A stretch of DNA of 63,963 nt, the filler included, from Lama guanicoe (Eukaryota): assembly GCA_013239625.1 (NCBI GenBank). It is 206 parts of 206 records of this genome, joined end to end, with 100 filler letters (N's around TTAATTAATTAA, not from the genome) between each part and the next. Parts side by side here need not be neighbours in the genome. Positions count along the whole stretch, not along the records: positions 12,752 to 12,962 come from PNXV01036273.1; positions 13,063 to 13,273 come from PNXV01036274.1; positions 13,374 to 13,584 come from PNXV01036275.1; positions 13,685 to 13,895 come from PNXV01036276.1; positions 13,996 to 14,206 come from PNXV01036277.1; positions 14,307 to 14,517 come from PNXV01036278.1; positions 14,618 to 14,828 come from PNXV01036279.1; positions 14,929 to 15,139 come from PNXV01036280.1; 198 more parts are not named here. The stretch is one strand, 5' to 3'. The notes beneath the pieces are model-generated. The model was not told where the DNA came from. It did not search any database and saw nothing but the letters and a program-made list of their open reading frames with translations. Position 1 is the first letter of the stretch. Each line of letters opens with the position of its first letter. Both the position numbers and the translations under genes were made by a program. Below, one piece after another: positions 12,824 through 25,380 of the stretch.

Positions 12824-12962
12824 TGTAACTGAGCCCGACACTATGGGGCCTTCCCAGGACAGATACTCCATGTTCTCCGCCTACCTCTTCTTTATAGAAA
12901 AACATATAAATTTGATCAATTTATAAATTTGATCAGAGAAATGAGAAGATGTAGAAAGAAAG
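12824..12962 (+). mobile_element. 5' end of an ERV LTR (starts TGTAAC)
   Basis: Abrupt switch from MER20 to tgtaactgagcccgacactatggggccttcccaggacaga. TG is the canonical LTR start. Confidence 0.6.
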
Positions 12963-14306
12963 NNNNNNNNNNNNNNNNNNNNNNNNNNNNNNNNNNNNNN
13001 NNNNNNTTAATTAATTAANNNNNNNNNNNNNNNNNNNNNNNNNNNNNNNNNNNNNNNNNNNNTGATTAAGCTTTATACTTTTATCCATAAAGATCTTACA
13101 TACATTTTAGTACTAATATGTGTGAATAATATATCTTTCTTCAGTATCTTAATTTTTGACATTTTTGTAAATTTCATTTTTTAAATTATAATCAAGTGTT
13201 TGATGCTGGTATACAGAAATGCAATTATGACTTTCATATATGGATTTATATATACAAACCTTGATAAGTTCTCNNNNNNNNNNNNNNNNNNNNNNNNNNN
13301 NNNNNNNNNNNNNNNNNTTAATTAATTAANNNNNNNNNNNNNNNNNNNNNNNNNNNNNNNNNNNNNNNNNNNNTTTGGTGATCCAACCTAGCCACGCTCC
13401 CTCATACGTCTTTCCTCTGGTTTCCTCTGCCTGAAGTTGTGTGTCGTCTTTTCTGATTTCCCACCAGCACATCCTTTCAGAGTCGGTGCAATCATCACAC
13501 TCTTGGAATCCTCCCCCAAGTTGGGTCAGATGCACGTTCCTGGAATGCCAGCTCTTTCTTTCCAAAAGCATCTTGAACAGTTCANNNNNNNNNNNNNNNN
13601 NNNNNNNNNNNNNNNNNNNNNNNNNNNNTTAATTAATTAANNNNNNNNNNNNNNNNNNNNNNNNNNNNNNNNNNNNNNNNNNNNATCAGCAGAGTTTGTA
13701 TGTTTTATAAATAATCTTTTGGATCTAATAGTGCGTTGCAATAATGTTGGGTATTCGTAGCTCACTGATTTATTGTACTATGAGTTAGGTGATTGGAGTC
13801 TGGGTATGGTTAAACATGCAGTCACTCCTTAGCTGTTTCAGATGATTAATACCAGAACTGACTCAAAATTTCACTCATTGCCTGTGTATACTTGTNNNNN
13901 NNNNNNNNNNNNNNNNNNNNNNNNNNNNNNNNNNNNNNNTTAATTAATTAANNNNNNNNNNNNNNNNNNNNNNNNNNNNNNNNNNNNNNNNNNNNCTGGT
14001 CACTTCTGAAACCAGACGGTCATCCCTATGCAAACCCCTCATCCCAGAAACCTGCCTGCCCTGCCCCTCTTCTCCTGGTCCCAGTTCTGGCATGGTCTCC
14101 CTAGATATGTTTCTGCCTGTCTCCACCAGTCTCTCCGGACTTGTCCTCGCCTCTTTCCTTGTCATACTGAGATCCACTCAAATCCCTACTCCTCAAGGAA
14201 GCTTCCNNNNNNNNNNNNNNNNNNNNNNNNNNNNNNNNNNNNNNNNNNNNTTAATTAATTAANNNNNNNNNNNNNNNNNNNNNNNNNNNNNNNNNNNNNN
14301 NNNNNN

Positions 14307-14517
14307 ACTTTCTTCATCAGATGTGTCTTTTGCAAATATTTTCTCTCAGTGTGTGACTTGTCATTTCTTGATATTGTCCTTCACAGAACAGTAGTCCAAC
14401 TTATCAATTATTTTTTTCATGGATTGTGCCTTTGGTGTTATATGGAAAAAGTCATTGCTATTCCCAAGATCATCTAGGTTTTGTCCTGTGTATCTTCTAA
14501 AAGTTTTATAGTTTTTT
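14307..14517 (-). mobile_element. L1 ORF2 relic (antisense)
   Basis: ttttgcaaatattttctctcagt...catggattgtgcctttggtgttata...tcttctaaaagttttatagtttt. Confidence 0.85.
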
Positions 14518-14619
14518 NNNNNNNNNNNNNNNNNNNNNNNNNNNNNNNNNNNNNNNNNNNNTTAATTAATTAANNNNNNNNNNNNNNNNNNNNNNNNNNN
14601 NNNNNNNNNNNNNNNNNGT

Positions 14620-14828
14620 CAACATACACACACAACACACACACAACAACACACACACAACACACATACACATAACACACACAACACACACAACACACAC
14701 ACACAACACACACACAACACACACATACACATAACACACACAACACACACATACAACACATACAACACACAACACACAACACACACAACACACATCACAC
14801 AACACACACAACACACACAACACACACA
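14620..14828. repeat. Compound (CA)n/(CAA) microsatellite
   Basis: Almost entirely A/C, with recurring units such as acacacaac and acatacacataac. It explains the V/C-rich ORFs. Confidence 0.97.
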
Positions 14829-15284
14829 NNNNNNNNNNNNNNNNNNNNNNNNNNNNNNNNNNNNNNNNNNNNTTAATTAATTAANNNNNNNNNNNNNNNN
14901 NNNNNNNNNNNNNNNNNNNNNNNNNNNNCCAGGAGTCATTTGTACACTCTAGAATCTATAGTAGATATTAGTAAAAAATATATCTTGAGGCCTCCTTAAA
15001 CTACTTATGTTCCGATTTGGCTTAATAGGATTAAAAAGAATGCAGTGCATTCTGTTGCTGCCCTGCTCACGGTCCTGAGCGTGGGATACCCGGTGCTTTC
15101 CTGCACATGATCGTTTTTCTGCAGAACTTTGCTAAGTGTNNNNNNNNNNNNNNNNNNNNNNNNNNNNNNNNNNNNNNNNNNNNTTAATTAATTAANNNNN
15201 NNNNNNNNNNNNNNNNNNNNNNNNNNNNNNNNNNNNNNNCCCCTTCCCGAGAGGACCTCCCCTCGCCTCCACTGTGCTGTGTGT

Positions 15285-15324
15285 GTGTTGGACAGGGCGA
15301 GCGCGTGTTGGACAGGGCGAGCGC
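15285..15324. repeat. Perfect 20-bp tandem duplication gtgttggacagggcgagcgc x2
   Basis: Copies at 15285-15304 and 15305-15324. Confidence 0.95.
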
Positions 15325-15657
15325 GTGCTGCCCGTGCACGAGTGCGCAGCCTGAGCAGGCGTACGGGTTTGCCCGTAGGTGGACGTTCGTGTGTGGAGGC
15401 ACACGGGATCTGTTCAGTACGTGTGCACGTGCGTGTGTGAGTCACCTGGTNNNNNNNNNNNNNNNNNNNNNNNNNNNNNNNNNNNNNNNNNNNNTTAATT
15501 AATTAANNNNNNNNNNNNNNNNNNNNNNNNNNNNNNNNNNNNNNNNNNNNATATTGAGACATACTTTCAGTTTTTAAACAACAATTTGGCAAGTCCTTTG
15601 GCATGTAAGAACATGGCTTCTAATGTATCGTGACAGAATTCTAGCCTAGACCTAGAC

Positions 15658-15761
15658 CCAGGTTTCTCACCCTCAGCACTACTGATATTTTGGGCTGGTG
15701 AATTCTCTGTCGGAGGTAGGGGCTGTCCTGTGCGTTGTAGGATGTTTGTTATCAGCATCCC
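15658..15761. mobile_element. MER20 (hAT) fragment
   Basis: ggtttctcaccctcagcactactgatattttgggctgg...ggctgtcctgtgcgttgtaggatgttt...agcatccc. Confidence 0.88.
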
Positions 15762-15861
15762 NNNNNNNNNNNNNNNNNNNNNNNNNNNNNNNNNNNNNNN
15801 NNNNNTTAATTAATTAANNNNNNNNNNNNNNNNNNNNNNNNNNNNNNNNNNNNNNNNNNNN

Positions 15862-16072
15862 CTACATGAAGGTGTCCAGTTTTCCCAACAGCATTTATTG
15901 AAAAGACTGTATTTTTCCCGTTGTATATTTTTGTCTCCACTGTGGAAGATTATTTGAATGTATGTGACCATGTCTAGACTTCCTATTTTTTCCCATTTAT
16001 CCATGTGTCTGTTTTGTGCCAGGGCCATAATGTTTTGATTACCTTAACTTCGTAATACAGTCTGAAGTCAGG
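15862..16072 (-). mobile_element. L1 ORF2 relic (antisense)
   Basis: gtccagttttcccaacagcatttattgaaaagactg; the minus frame contains SLFNKCCWENW. Confidence 0.92.
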
Positions 16073-17739
16073 NNNNNNNNNNNNNNNNNNNNNNNNNNNN
16101 NNNNNNNNNNNNNNNNTTAATTAATTAANNNNNNNNNNNNNNNNNNNNNNNNNNNNNNNNNNNNNNNNNNNNTAGCAAACTGATATCCTCTGCCTTGGTA
16201 GCTAAATGTCCTTCAACCATGGTGCAAGGTCATGGTGCAATGGAAAATTTGTTGCACGCTCTCTGTGTAGTCTTAGGTCTGTATTACGGTCATAGTGCAT
16301 GGTTCAAGGTCATGGTGCAAGGTGCATGGATGATTCTGGAGGAGGGAATCCAAGATGGTACGAATGACTCTGTGATGACTATGNNNNNNNNNNNNNNNNN
16401 NNNNNNNNNNNNNNNNNNNNNNNNNNNTTAATTAATTAANNNNNNNNNNNNNNNNNNNNNNNNNNNNNNNNNNNNNNNNNNNNTTCTGGCAGTGACCTTG
16501 GGAATGACCGAGGAGGTCACAGGGTGGAGCATTGTAGGAAGAGGGGGATCCAGGGTTTGGGAGGAAAGACATGATTCAGAGTGAGGTGGGAAGCCCCGTA
16601 AAAAAACCAGCAGGGCCCCCAAGCAGGGCCACTACACCCATGCCTGCACCATCCGGTTCCCTGGCCCAGAGGCTCTCTCTCACTTTTTGCCTCTNNNNNN
16701 NNNNNNNNNNNNNNNNNNNNNNNNNNNNNNNNNNNNNNTTAATTAATTAANNNNNNNNNNNNNNNNNNNNNNNNNNNNNNNNNNNNNNNNNNNNGTCCCA
16801 GTCTCTCAGCGCTCAGACCAGCCTTCAGGGACCTGCGGTTCCTTCCTCCTCCTCCTGACACGAGTCGAGACACACTCGTCCTGTCCCACCTGGGGAAAGG
16901 GAGAGGCAGGGGCAGCAGCCATGTGTATTATAAATCACATATACTTCAATAAAAAAATTAGAATACATTCTTTCCTTAATGAATAGATATAATAAATGGT
17001 CAGTANNNNNNNNNNNNNNNNNNNNNNNNNNNNNNNNNNNNNNNNNNNNTTAATTAATTAANNNNNNNNNNNNNNNNNNNNNNNNNNNNNNNNNNNNNNN
17101 NNNNNATATATATATACACACAAACACATAAATAATGTATAATACATATATACACATTTTGATGCATTTATATCTGTACTTGAAATATACATAATACATT
17201 TTACATATTATTTATATATTTATAGACAGATGCATATATATACCTGCATTTGGTTTGGTAATTTGGAAAGGATTTTACACATATATTCAGTGGTTAGTCT
17301 GGGTTAAAATTTTCCTNNNNNNNNNNNNNNNNNNNNNNNNNNNNNNNNNNNNNNNNNNNNTTAATTAATTAANNNNNNNNNNNNNNNNNNNNNNNNNNNN
17401 NNNNNNNNNNNNNNNNAAATGTTTACTCTTTACTTCTCTTTTCTTTCCTAAAAAATATATTCTAGACAACTATTCACCTCAACAGATATATATTAAACTC
17501 AAACGTTTTTCATACCTGCAAAATATCATGTAGCATATCCATGCCCAAATTGTTTAGCTATTTTTCTCTTCCTGAATATTTAGATTGTTTCTGGTCTTTG
17601 CCACTATAGACATTTGCAAATTAATATNNNNNNNNNNNNNNNNNNNNNNNNNNNNNNNNNNNNNNNNNNNNTTAATTAATTAANNNNNNNNNNNNNNNNN
17701 NNNNNNNNNNNNNNNNNNNNNNNNNNNATATATATATAT

Positions 17740-17938
17740 ATTTCAGCCATAATAAAAGAAGAAAACCCTGCCATTCGCAATAACATATATGGATTGTGAG
17801 AGCATTAAACTAATAGAAATAAGTCAGGGAGGTATAGACAGATACTATACAATATCACTTATATATAGAATTTTTTTTAACTTTTAGAGAACAGATTGGT
17901 GGTTGCCAGAGGTAGGGGTGGGAGGGTGGGGAAAATGA
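17740..17938 (+). mobile_element. L1 ORF2 end / 3'UTR relic (L1MA-like)
   Basis: tcagccataataaaagaagaaaaccctgccattcgcaa...gaaataagtcag...aacagattggtggttgccagagg. Confidence 0.85.
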
Positions 17939-18660
17939 NNNNNNNNNNNNNNNNNNNNNNNNNNNNNNNNNNNNNNNNNNNNTTAATTAATTAANNNNNN
18001 NNNNNNNNNNNNNNNNNNNNNNNNNNNNNNNNNNNNNNAAAAACCATTATACTAATCCCAAATCACAGTCCTTCTATAAAATAATATAAAAACCCACATT
18101 AATATCCTTGAGATAAAGATGAAGAATGAATTTTCATTACCCATCCTGTATTCCACGGTCATGCTTCTTCAGCCTCCTTTACAGTTAATGGGTACAGTAT
18201 GGCTTTACTCTATTTGCATTACCTCCTGGGTGAATTCATTTTCTGTGTGNNNNNNNNNNNNNNNNNNNNNNNNNNNNNNNNNNNNNNNNNNNNTTAATTA
18301 ATTAANNNNNNNNNNNNNNNNNNNNNNNNNNNNNNNNNNNNNNNNNNNNTGGAACCAAGCCCTAGATGTGGGAGCTGGACCAGCTGGAGTGGGCGGGGAC
18401 TGACTCCACTCCAAGGAGCATCTTCTCTGTGTCCTCATGTGCCATCAGACAGGGCCCAGAGTGACTTAAGTGGAGGAATGTGAACGCAATGCAAGAATTA
18501 GAGGCCAGAAATAAGGGCTGCTCACTGCCGCTCAGCCCTCAGCCACCCCAGCCAATACACNNNNNNNNNNNNNNNNNNNNNNNNNNNNNNNNNNNNNNNN
18601 NNNNTTAATTAATTAANNNNNNNNNNNNNNNNNNNNNNNNNNNNNNNNNNNNNNNNNNNN

Positions 18661-18865
18661 TGGTTTTCTTTTATGAACAGCCGTCTTTTGATGCTCCGAC
18701 CACCTTGTCTTTGTTGTGAAAACTTGTACCTCCTGGCTGCTCCCTGCTGCTTTGGAGCAATCCCCAGAGCGAACCGGTCTGTCATCCAGGCTTAAGTCCT
18801 CAGAATGTCCACCAAAGGAAATATAACTCTCAACTTTTAGGTTGTGCGTTTTATTTCAGTCAACC
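18661..18865 (+). mobile_element. ERV1-type LTR 3' portion
   Basis: ataactctcaacttttaggttgtgcgttttatttcagtcaac. The related terminus appears inverted at about 59269-59300 (tgtcgactgaaataaaaccacacaac). Confidence 0.65.
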
Positions 18866-18971
18866 AGGGCCNNNNNNNNNNNNNNNNNNNNNNNNNNNNN
18901 NNNNNNNNNNNNNNNTTAATTAATTAANNNNNNNNNNNNNNNNNNNNNNNNNNNNNNNNNNNNNNNNNNNN

Positions 18972-19182
18972 AGAGTTCACACATAGCCCTCCCCACCCCC
19001 ACATATATACTCCCCTAGCCTCAACATCCCCCATCAGTGTGGCATAATTGGTACAACTGATGAACCAACATGGAACATTATTATCCAGTGTCCATAGTTT
19101 ACATTAGGGTTCACTCTTGATGTCGTATATTCTATGGGTTTTGACAAATGCATAATGACCTGTAGCCACCACTATTGTCTCA
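18972..19182 (-). mobile_element. L1MC-like 3'UTR (antisense)
   Basis: agagttc.cacata...aactgatgaacc...tccatagtttacattagggttcactcttg.tgt.gta.attctatgggttttgacaaatg. Confidence 0.85.
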
Positions 19183-19282
19183 NNNNNNNNNNNNNNNNNN
19201 NNNNNNNNNNNNNNNNNNNNNNNNNNTTAATTAATTAANNNNNNNNNNNNNNNNNNNNNNNNNNNNNNNNNNNNNNNNNNNN

Positions 19283-19493
19283 CAATTATGAATAAAGCTG
19301 CTGTAAACGTCCACGTTTAGATTTTTGTATAGATGTAGTTTTCAACTCATTTGGGTAGATATTTAGGAGTGTGGTTGCTGGATCATATGGGAATATTATA
19401 CTTAGCTTTGTAACAAACTGCCAAACTATCTTTTAAAGTGACTGTACTGTTTTGCATTTGCACAAAGAATGAGAGCTCTTGTTGCTCCACATT
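19283..19493 (-). mobile_element. L1 ORF2 3' relic (antisense)
   Basis: attatgaataaagctgct...ttgctggatcatatgg...aactgccaaact...ttgttgctccacat. Confidence 0.88.
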
Positions 19494-19904
19494 NNNNNNN
19501 NNNNNNNNNNNNNNNNNNNNNNNNNNNNNNNNNNNNNTTAATTAATTAANNNNNNNNNNNNNNNNNNNNNNNNNNNNNNNNNNNNNNNNNNNNAATACTT
19601 GGTCACTATTTTCCTCTCTTCTGTAACAACCTTTCCCTGGTGTATGTTTTTGTCTGGTAAGCATTGCTACTTTTCCCCACCATTTTTCTTGTCATATTAG
19701 TGTATTGAGGTTGTACCAATTTTTTACTACTCTTTCGCGGAAGAATGAATTGCACTTTCCTGGTCTGGCTATTTATAGGCATTCCTTTTAGGAAGATCAT
19801 TTATNNNNNNNNNNNNNNNNNNNNNNNNNNNNNNNNNNNNNNNNNNNNTTAATTAATTAANNNNNNNNNNNNNNNNNNNNNNNNNNNNNNNNNNNNNNNN
19901 NNNN

Positions 19905-20115
19905 TCCAGATCAGTAATATCCCTGCTCATCCCTGAAGTAGGACCCAGTGTAAATCCAATTATATCAGCCTTATCAGTAGAGGCTTTTTGTAAGTCATTT
20001 CTGAGGGCAAGAAGATAATCTGTTAACAAAATGCAGTCATGATCGTTTTCTTCCTGTGATTCTGGAAGCAAAGTTGCAACTTATGGTTATTACGTCGAAC
20101 CAAGGTAATATTAAA
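19905..20115 (-). mobile_element. Degenerate class I ERV pol fragment (connection to RNase H start)
   Basis: Minus strand reads NITLVRRNN../ATLLPESQEENDHDCILLTDYLLALRNDLQKASTDKADIIGFT/GSYFRDEQGYY*SG. This matches the gammaretroviral pattern NPATLLP...HDC...RxDL...ADxxWFTDGSY, with frameshifts and a stop. Confidence 0.8.
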
Positions 20116-20539
20116 NNNNNNNNNNNNNNNNNNNNNNNNNNNNNNNNNNNNNNNNNNNNTTAATTAATTAANNNNNNNNNNNNNNNNNNNNNNNNNNNNN
20201 NNNNNNNNNNNNNNNAGATGAAAATTAAATATGAAGAGCTGGAGGACTTGATATACAGTATTGGGAAATTAAACCAAAATGGAGAGATGTTATTGTCTCT
20301 ATTTAAAGGACCAAGAGGTTATAGGAGAGGCCCTAGAACCCGATCAAAAAACCAAAATCTCATCTAAGTAAAGCTGCTTGTATATACACTTTGCAGAGGG
20401 TAATGGGTGGGGGCTGGGTTGCAAAANNNNNNNNNNNNNNNNNNNNNNNNNNNNNNNNNNNNNNNNNNNNTTAATTAATTAANNNNNNNNNNNNNNNNNN
20501 NNNNNNNNNNNNNNNNNNNNNNNNNNGTAGACACACACA

Positions 20540-20737
20540 CACATTTGCTTTATTCATTTATCTTTTGAGGGACACGTAGGTTGTTTCCATGTCTTGACTA
20601 TTGAAAACAATGCTGCAATGAATACTGGGGTGCAGGTAATTTTTAGAAATAGTGACTTCTTTTCCTTCAGATATATACCCAGAAGTGGAATTGCTGGATC
20701 ATGTGGTGGTTCTATTTTTAATTTTTTTGAGGAAACT
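20540..20737 (-). mobile_element. L1 ORF2 3' relic (antisense)
   Basis: ggttgtttccatgtcttgactattg...atacccagaagtggaattgctggatcatgtggtggttctatttttaattttttgaggaa. Confidence 0.9.
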
Positions 20738-21148
20738 NNNNNNNNNNNNNNNNNNNNNNNNNNNNNNNNNNNNNNNNNNNNTTAATTAATTAANNNNNNN
20801 NNNNNNNNNNNNNNNNNNNNNNNNNNNNNNNNNNNNNACTTCCACCCCCATCTGTGCATCCACAAACCACCTACAGTGTGCTTTTACAGTTTCACAGTCT
20901 CACACACATGCTTTCATATGATACGTGTCCTTCCACAACTGCCGTTTTATTGCTTTCCCCAGATGTAGGCCGTGTTAATTCGCGTGGCTCACTTTGACAT
21001 CCGCGTGGTAATCCATCCCATGAGTACCCGACAGGTTTATGGGGCCTCNNNNNNNNNNNNNNNNNNNNNNNNNNNNNNNNNNNNNNNNNNNNTTAATTAA
21101 TTAANNNNNNNNNNNNNNNNNNNNNNNNNNNNNNNNNNNNNNNNNNNN

Positions 21149-21359
21149 ATATGCGATTTCATCTGGAAGCTGCTGACCTGATAGAACAATGAAAAGCCTT
21201 TTAAGGCTTCATCTAAGACTCTAGCTGAATGGCAACAAGATGGGGTGTTGTCCTCCAAGATGTGGTACATATACTGAATCAAGGGTTATTCCATGGTGCT
21301 CTAACACAATACCTGGAATGTATCAGTGCAGGAGCCAAAGAGGTGATTGCTCCCTCCTG
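21149..21359 (+). mobile_element. Degenerate ERVL-type internal region (integrase C-terminal part)
   Basis: HLEAADLIEQ*K../WGVVLQDVVHILNQGLFHGA resembles ERVL integrase HPEAAGLIERWNGLLK...WGxVLQxAVYALNQRPxYG, with a stop and frameshifts. Confidence 0.75.
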
Positions 21360-24264
21360 NNNNNNNNNNNNNNNNNNNNNNNNNNNNNNNNNNNNNNNNN
21401 NNNTTAATTAATTAANNNNNNNNNNNNNNNNNNNNNNNNNNNNNNNNNNNNNNNNNNNNGGGAAGTCAGGGGCCTGTTTGTGTTTCTAATCTAGAGAACT
21501 CTTGAGCTCGGAGAGAGAAAGAGGCTGAAGATGCAGAAAACTGAGAGGATTACTTAACTGAGGCCCCACAGAGACGGCAGGAAAGGAAAGGACCCAAAGC
21601 CCAAAATAGAAGGATCTGTCGTATTGCAGAAAATAGGTATGTCTTTCTTTTCAACGGAAGCAAAAGAGGANNNNNNNNNNNNNNNNNNNNNNNNNNNNNN
21701 NNNNNNNNNNNNNNTTAATTAATTAANNNNNNNNNNNNNNNNNNNNNNNNNNNNNNNNNNNNNNNNNNNNCACTTTATTTTCCTTCATAGTACTTTTCCT
21801 GTGACATTACATTATATATATGTTTTCCTTTTCATTTATTTCCTGTTCTCATACTCACATGTAAGCTCCATGAAGACTGGGACTTGACCATGCTCATTGT
21901 TGTAACAACTAGCACCGTGCCTGGCTCACAGAAGGTGCCCAATATTCATTAATAAAAAAATAGATGGAATAAATTGTTAAGNNNNNNNNNNNNNNNNNNN
22001 NNNNNNNNNNNNNNNNNNNNNNNNNTTAATTAATTAANNNNNNNNNNNNNNNNNNNNNNNNNNNNNNNNNNNNNNNNNNNNGTATCACTGGTTTGAAAAT
22101 ATTTTCACAATTGGTATCAAATCATCTCCCATGTACAGCTGAAATAGATTAAAATTTATTTGCCAATTATACCTGAGAAAGACTGAAAAAAAAAAAAGGG
22201 AACTGAGAGATGGGGAAAGATGCCTATGCTAAGAATGCTATCATTGTCCAAATCTTTTATCAACTTGGCTCTCTACCATCAGATTAGAGAGTNNNNNNNN
22301 NNNNNNNNNNNNNNNNNNNNNNNNNNNNNNNNNNNNTTAATTAATTAANNNNNNNNNNNNNNNNNNNNNNNNNNNNNNNNNNNNNNNNNNNNGGCCAGGA
22401 GCGAAGGGGAGGGTGAGGACTGAAGGTGCGGGGTCACCGGCGGCTGGGCAGGGGCTTTTGCTCTGGAGTCCAGCCAGCAGAGGGCTCAGGCTTTGTCCCG
22501 CCCAGCCTGCGATCTGGGAGCCGGGAGAAAGAGCAGCTCAGTGTGGGTGTTCCGGGCAGTCTTCTCACCACTTACCACTTAGCAGATGTCTGGAGGACTA
22601 GCTNNNNNNNNNNNNNNNNNNNNNNNNNNNNNNNNNNNNNNNNNNNNTTAATTAATTAANNNNNNNNNNNNNNNNNNNNNNNNNNNNNNNNNNNNNNNNN
22701 NNNTGAATTTAATGCATTATAAATGAACATTATTATGCATTTATTTATTTCAATTCCTCATGGAGCTCCCATACCACTTAAGCATCGAAGGAGAAGGAAG
22801 TGAAAACAGGGGAGTGGCCCCTGTAATTTAAGCACTGAGTCGAAAATGGATTCTTTAACCACACACAGAAGGTTTGAGGCCAAAATCACATCCTGGTTAC
22901 CAGCTCATATTTAGNNNNNNNNNNNNNNNNNNNNNNNNNNNNNNNNNNNNNNNNNNNNTTAATTAATTAANNNNNNNNNNNNNNNNNNNNNNNNNNNNNN
23001 NNNNNNNNNNNNNNGCCTGCTGTCCTCTCCCTCAGTGGAAACCCACTCACAAGGAGAGAAAAAACAGGGCATGGGAGGACATGCACCTACAGGCCTCACT
23101 ATGGATCCCAGGGAGTGGAAAGGACCGGTCAGGCAGAGCAGGACACAGTCCCTGGGCACCGAGGCAGGGACTCGAGAACTGTACATAAGTGGGGTTGTGC
23201 ATCAGCTAATCTCTATAAACAAGACNNNNNNNNNNNNNNNNNNNNNNNNNNNNNNNNNNNNNNNNNNNNTTAATTAATTAANNNNNNNNNNNNNNNNNNN
23301 NNNNNNNNNNNNNNNNNNNNNNNNNAATTCTAATCCCTGTCACCTTCTTCCTAGGCTCACCAACACCCACTGCCATCCTTACCCTTCTGTTGGACACTTC
23401 TGTCCTCTGTATTTATTTACAACAGTTAAGAGCAGCAATTGGCCAACTGGTGCCTGTCCAGTTCTCCAGGCCATGTGCCCTAAGAACTCCTTTCTTCACT
23501 GCCCTGTGGTGGCCTTGGCCTGCCTCCCTACTCAAGNNNNNNNNNNNNNNNNNNNNNNNNNNNNNNNNNNNNNNNNNNNNTTAATTAATTAANNNNNNNN
23601 NNNNNNNNNNNNNNNNNNNNNNNNNNNNNNNNNNNNCTTATTTAGACATGGCTAGAAAAATGTGACGCTGTGAATAGCCTAAACCGTATCATTTTGCTTG
23701 GAGTATTCTAAGTACTCAATAGACGCTCACTAATTGTATTATCAAGCAACCTCAGTTTCTACATGTCACCCCTGCAATGAAAAACAAATGAATTAACAAA
23801 AGGGGTACCATAAGGAAGTTCGAGGGTACTGTTGCTAAGAAAAGGTCNNNNNNNNNNNNNNNNNNNNNNNNNNNNNNNNNNNNNNNNNNNNTTAATTAAT
23901 TAANNNNNNNNNNNNNNNNNNNNNNNNNNNNNNNNNNNNNNNNNNNNGAATCCCACAGGCCCAGACCTCGTGGAGAAAAGCATCTCAAGGAGCCTGAGTG
24001 ATGAATGTTCAGGGGGTCGTTGTCTCCTCCAGAGTCAGGGTTCTTATCTTCACTGACATGATTCTCTGAGAGCCGAAGTTTCAATCCAAAGGGACACGGA
24101 CTCCTTCTGGTCATTCCTTCTCTTGATGGCTCGTCTCAGCTGTGAGCACCTCCTGGGTNNNNNNNNNNNNNNNNNNNNNNNNNNNNNNNNNNNNNNNNNN
24201 NNTTAATTAATTAANNNNNNNNNNNNNNNNNNNNNNNNNNNNNNNNNNNNNNNNNNNNCCGAGA

Positions 24265-24469
24265 TTGTAGAACATGGAATGCAGAACACAGTATATAGAA
24301 TATAGAACTCAAATAATAGAATGTTGAATATAGAATGTAGTACCCATAATATAGTAGATAGAATGCAGAATAAAGAACACATAATATAGAACATGCAATT
24401 CAGAACAGAGAATTTAGAAGATAGAGTACAGAATACAGAATATACAATGTAGAATATAGAATATAGAAC
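24265..24469. repeat. Degenerate heptamer tandem repeat (TAGAATA)n
   Basis: About 7-bp periodicity (tagaaca/tggaatg/cagaaca/tagaata) across the contig. Confidence 0.9.
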
Positions 24470-25191
24470 NNNNNNNNNNNNNNNNNNNNNNNNNNNNNNN
24501 NNNNNNNNNNNNNTTAATTAATTAANNNNNNNNNNNNNNNNNNNNNNNNNNNNNNNNNNNNNNNNNNNNGTGCTGGGGAGACGGAGCACTGTAGCAGGAA
24601 CTCACTCTCATGACACAGAGAGAAACCTTCTTTATACTCTCTTTACACTATTTCTATACATTTGAGATTGCTGAAAAAATCTGTTAAATACACAGCATTT
24701 AAAACATCTTTATTATAGAAAAAAAAATCACGGCCTCCCCTTTCCACTCTCTACTCTTTTAATCACGTTCTGGTTTTCTTNNNNNNNNNNNNNNNNNNNN
24801 NNNNNNNNNNNNNNNNNNNNNNNNTTAATTAATTAANNNNNNNNNNNNNNNNNNNNNNNNNNNNNNNNNNNNNNNNNNNNCCTGTGTCTTTGAAGTTATG
24901 GACAAAAGCTGATATTGGATAAGATACCTGATTAATGTGAGTCTTAATTGAACAGACTGATCCTTTTTGATACTGGAGTAACTTAAATAAATGAATAAAT
25001 AAATGATACACATATACCCATATGTGATAAAGGTAGAAATAATTGATCACTGAATGCATAATCAATAGAGGGCTCGCCCTTACAGGACTCCNNNNNNNNN
25101 NNNNNNNNNNNNNNNNNNNNNNNNNNNNNNNNNNNTTAATTAATTAANNNNNNNNNNNNNNNNNNNNNNNNNNNNNNNNNNNNNNNNNNNN

Positions 25192-25380
25192 CTCTCTAAT
25201 CGTGTATGCCAACTCCTTGTAATAAATCTCTCCACACACACACAAACACACACTCACAAACATACACACAAGTATATATACATATATATGGATGCATACA
25301 TATATATGTGTACGTGTATACAGATATACATATATAGTTCCCATTGAATCTGCTTCCCTGAAGAACCCTGATTAATATAC
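25192..25380 (+). mobile_element. MLT2-type ERVL LTR 3' end with internal (CA)/(TA) expansion
   Basis: ccaactccttgtaataaatctct-(CA/TA tract)-cccattgaatctgcttccctgaagaaccctgattaata. Confidence 0.8.

Noticed and set aside
14566..14825. Cys/Val-rich ORFs (metallothionein- or keratin-associated-like)
   Set aside because: They are translations of a (TG)n compound microsatellite, open in all three frames.
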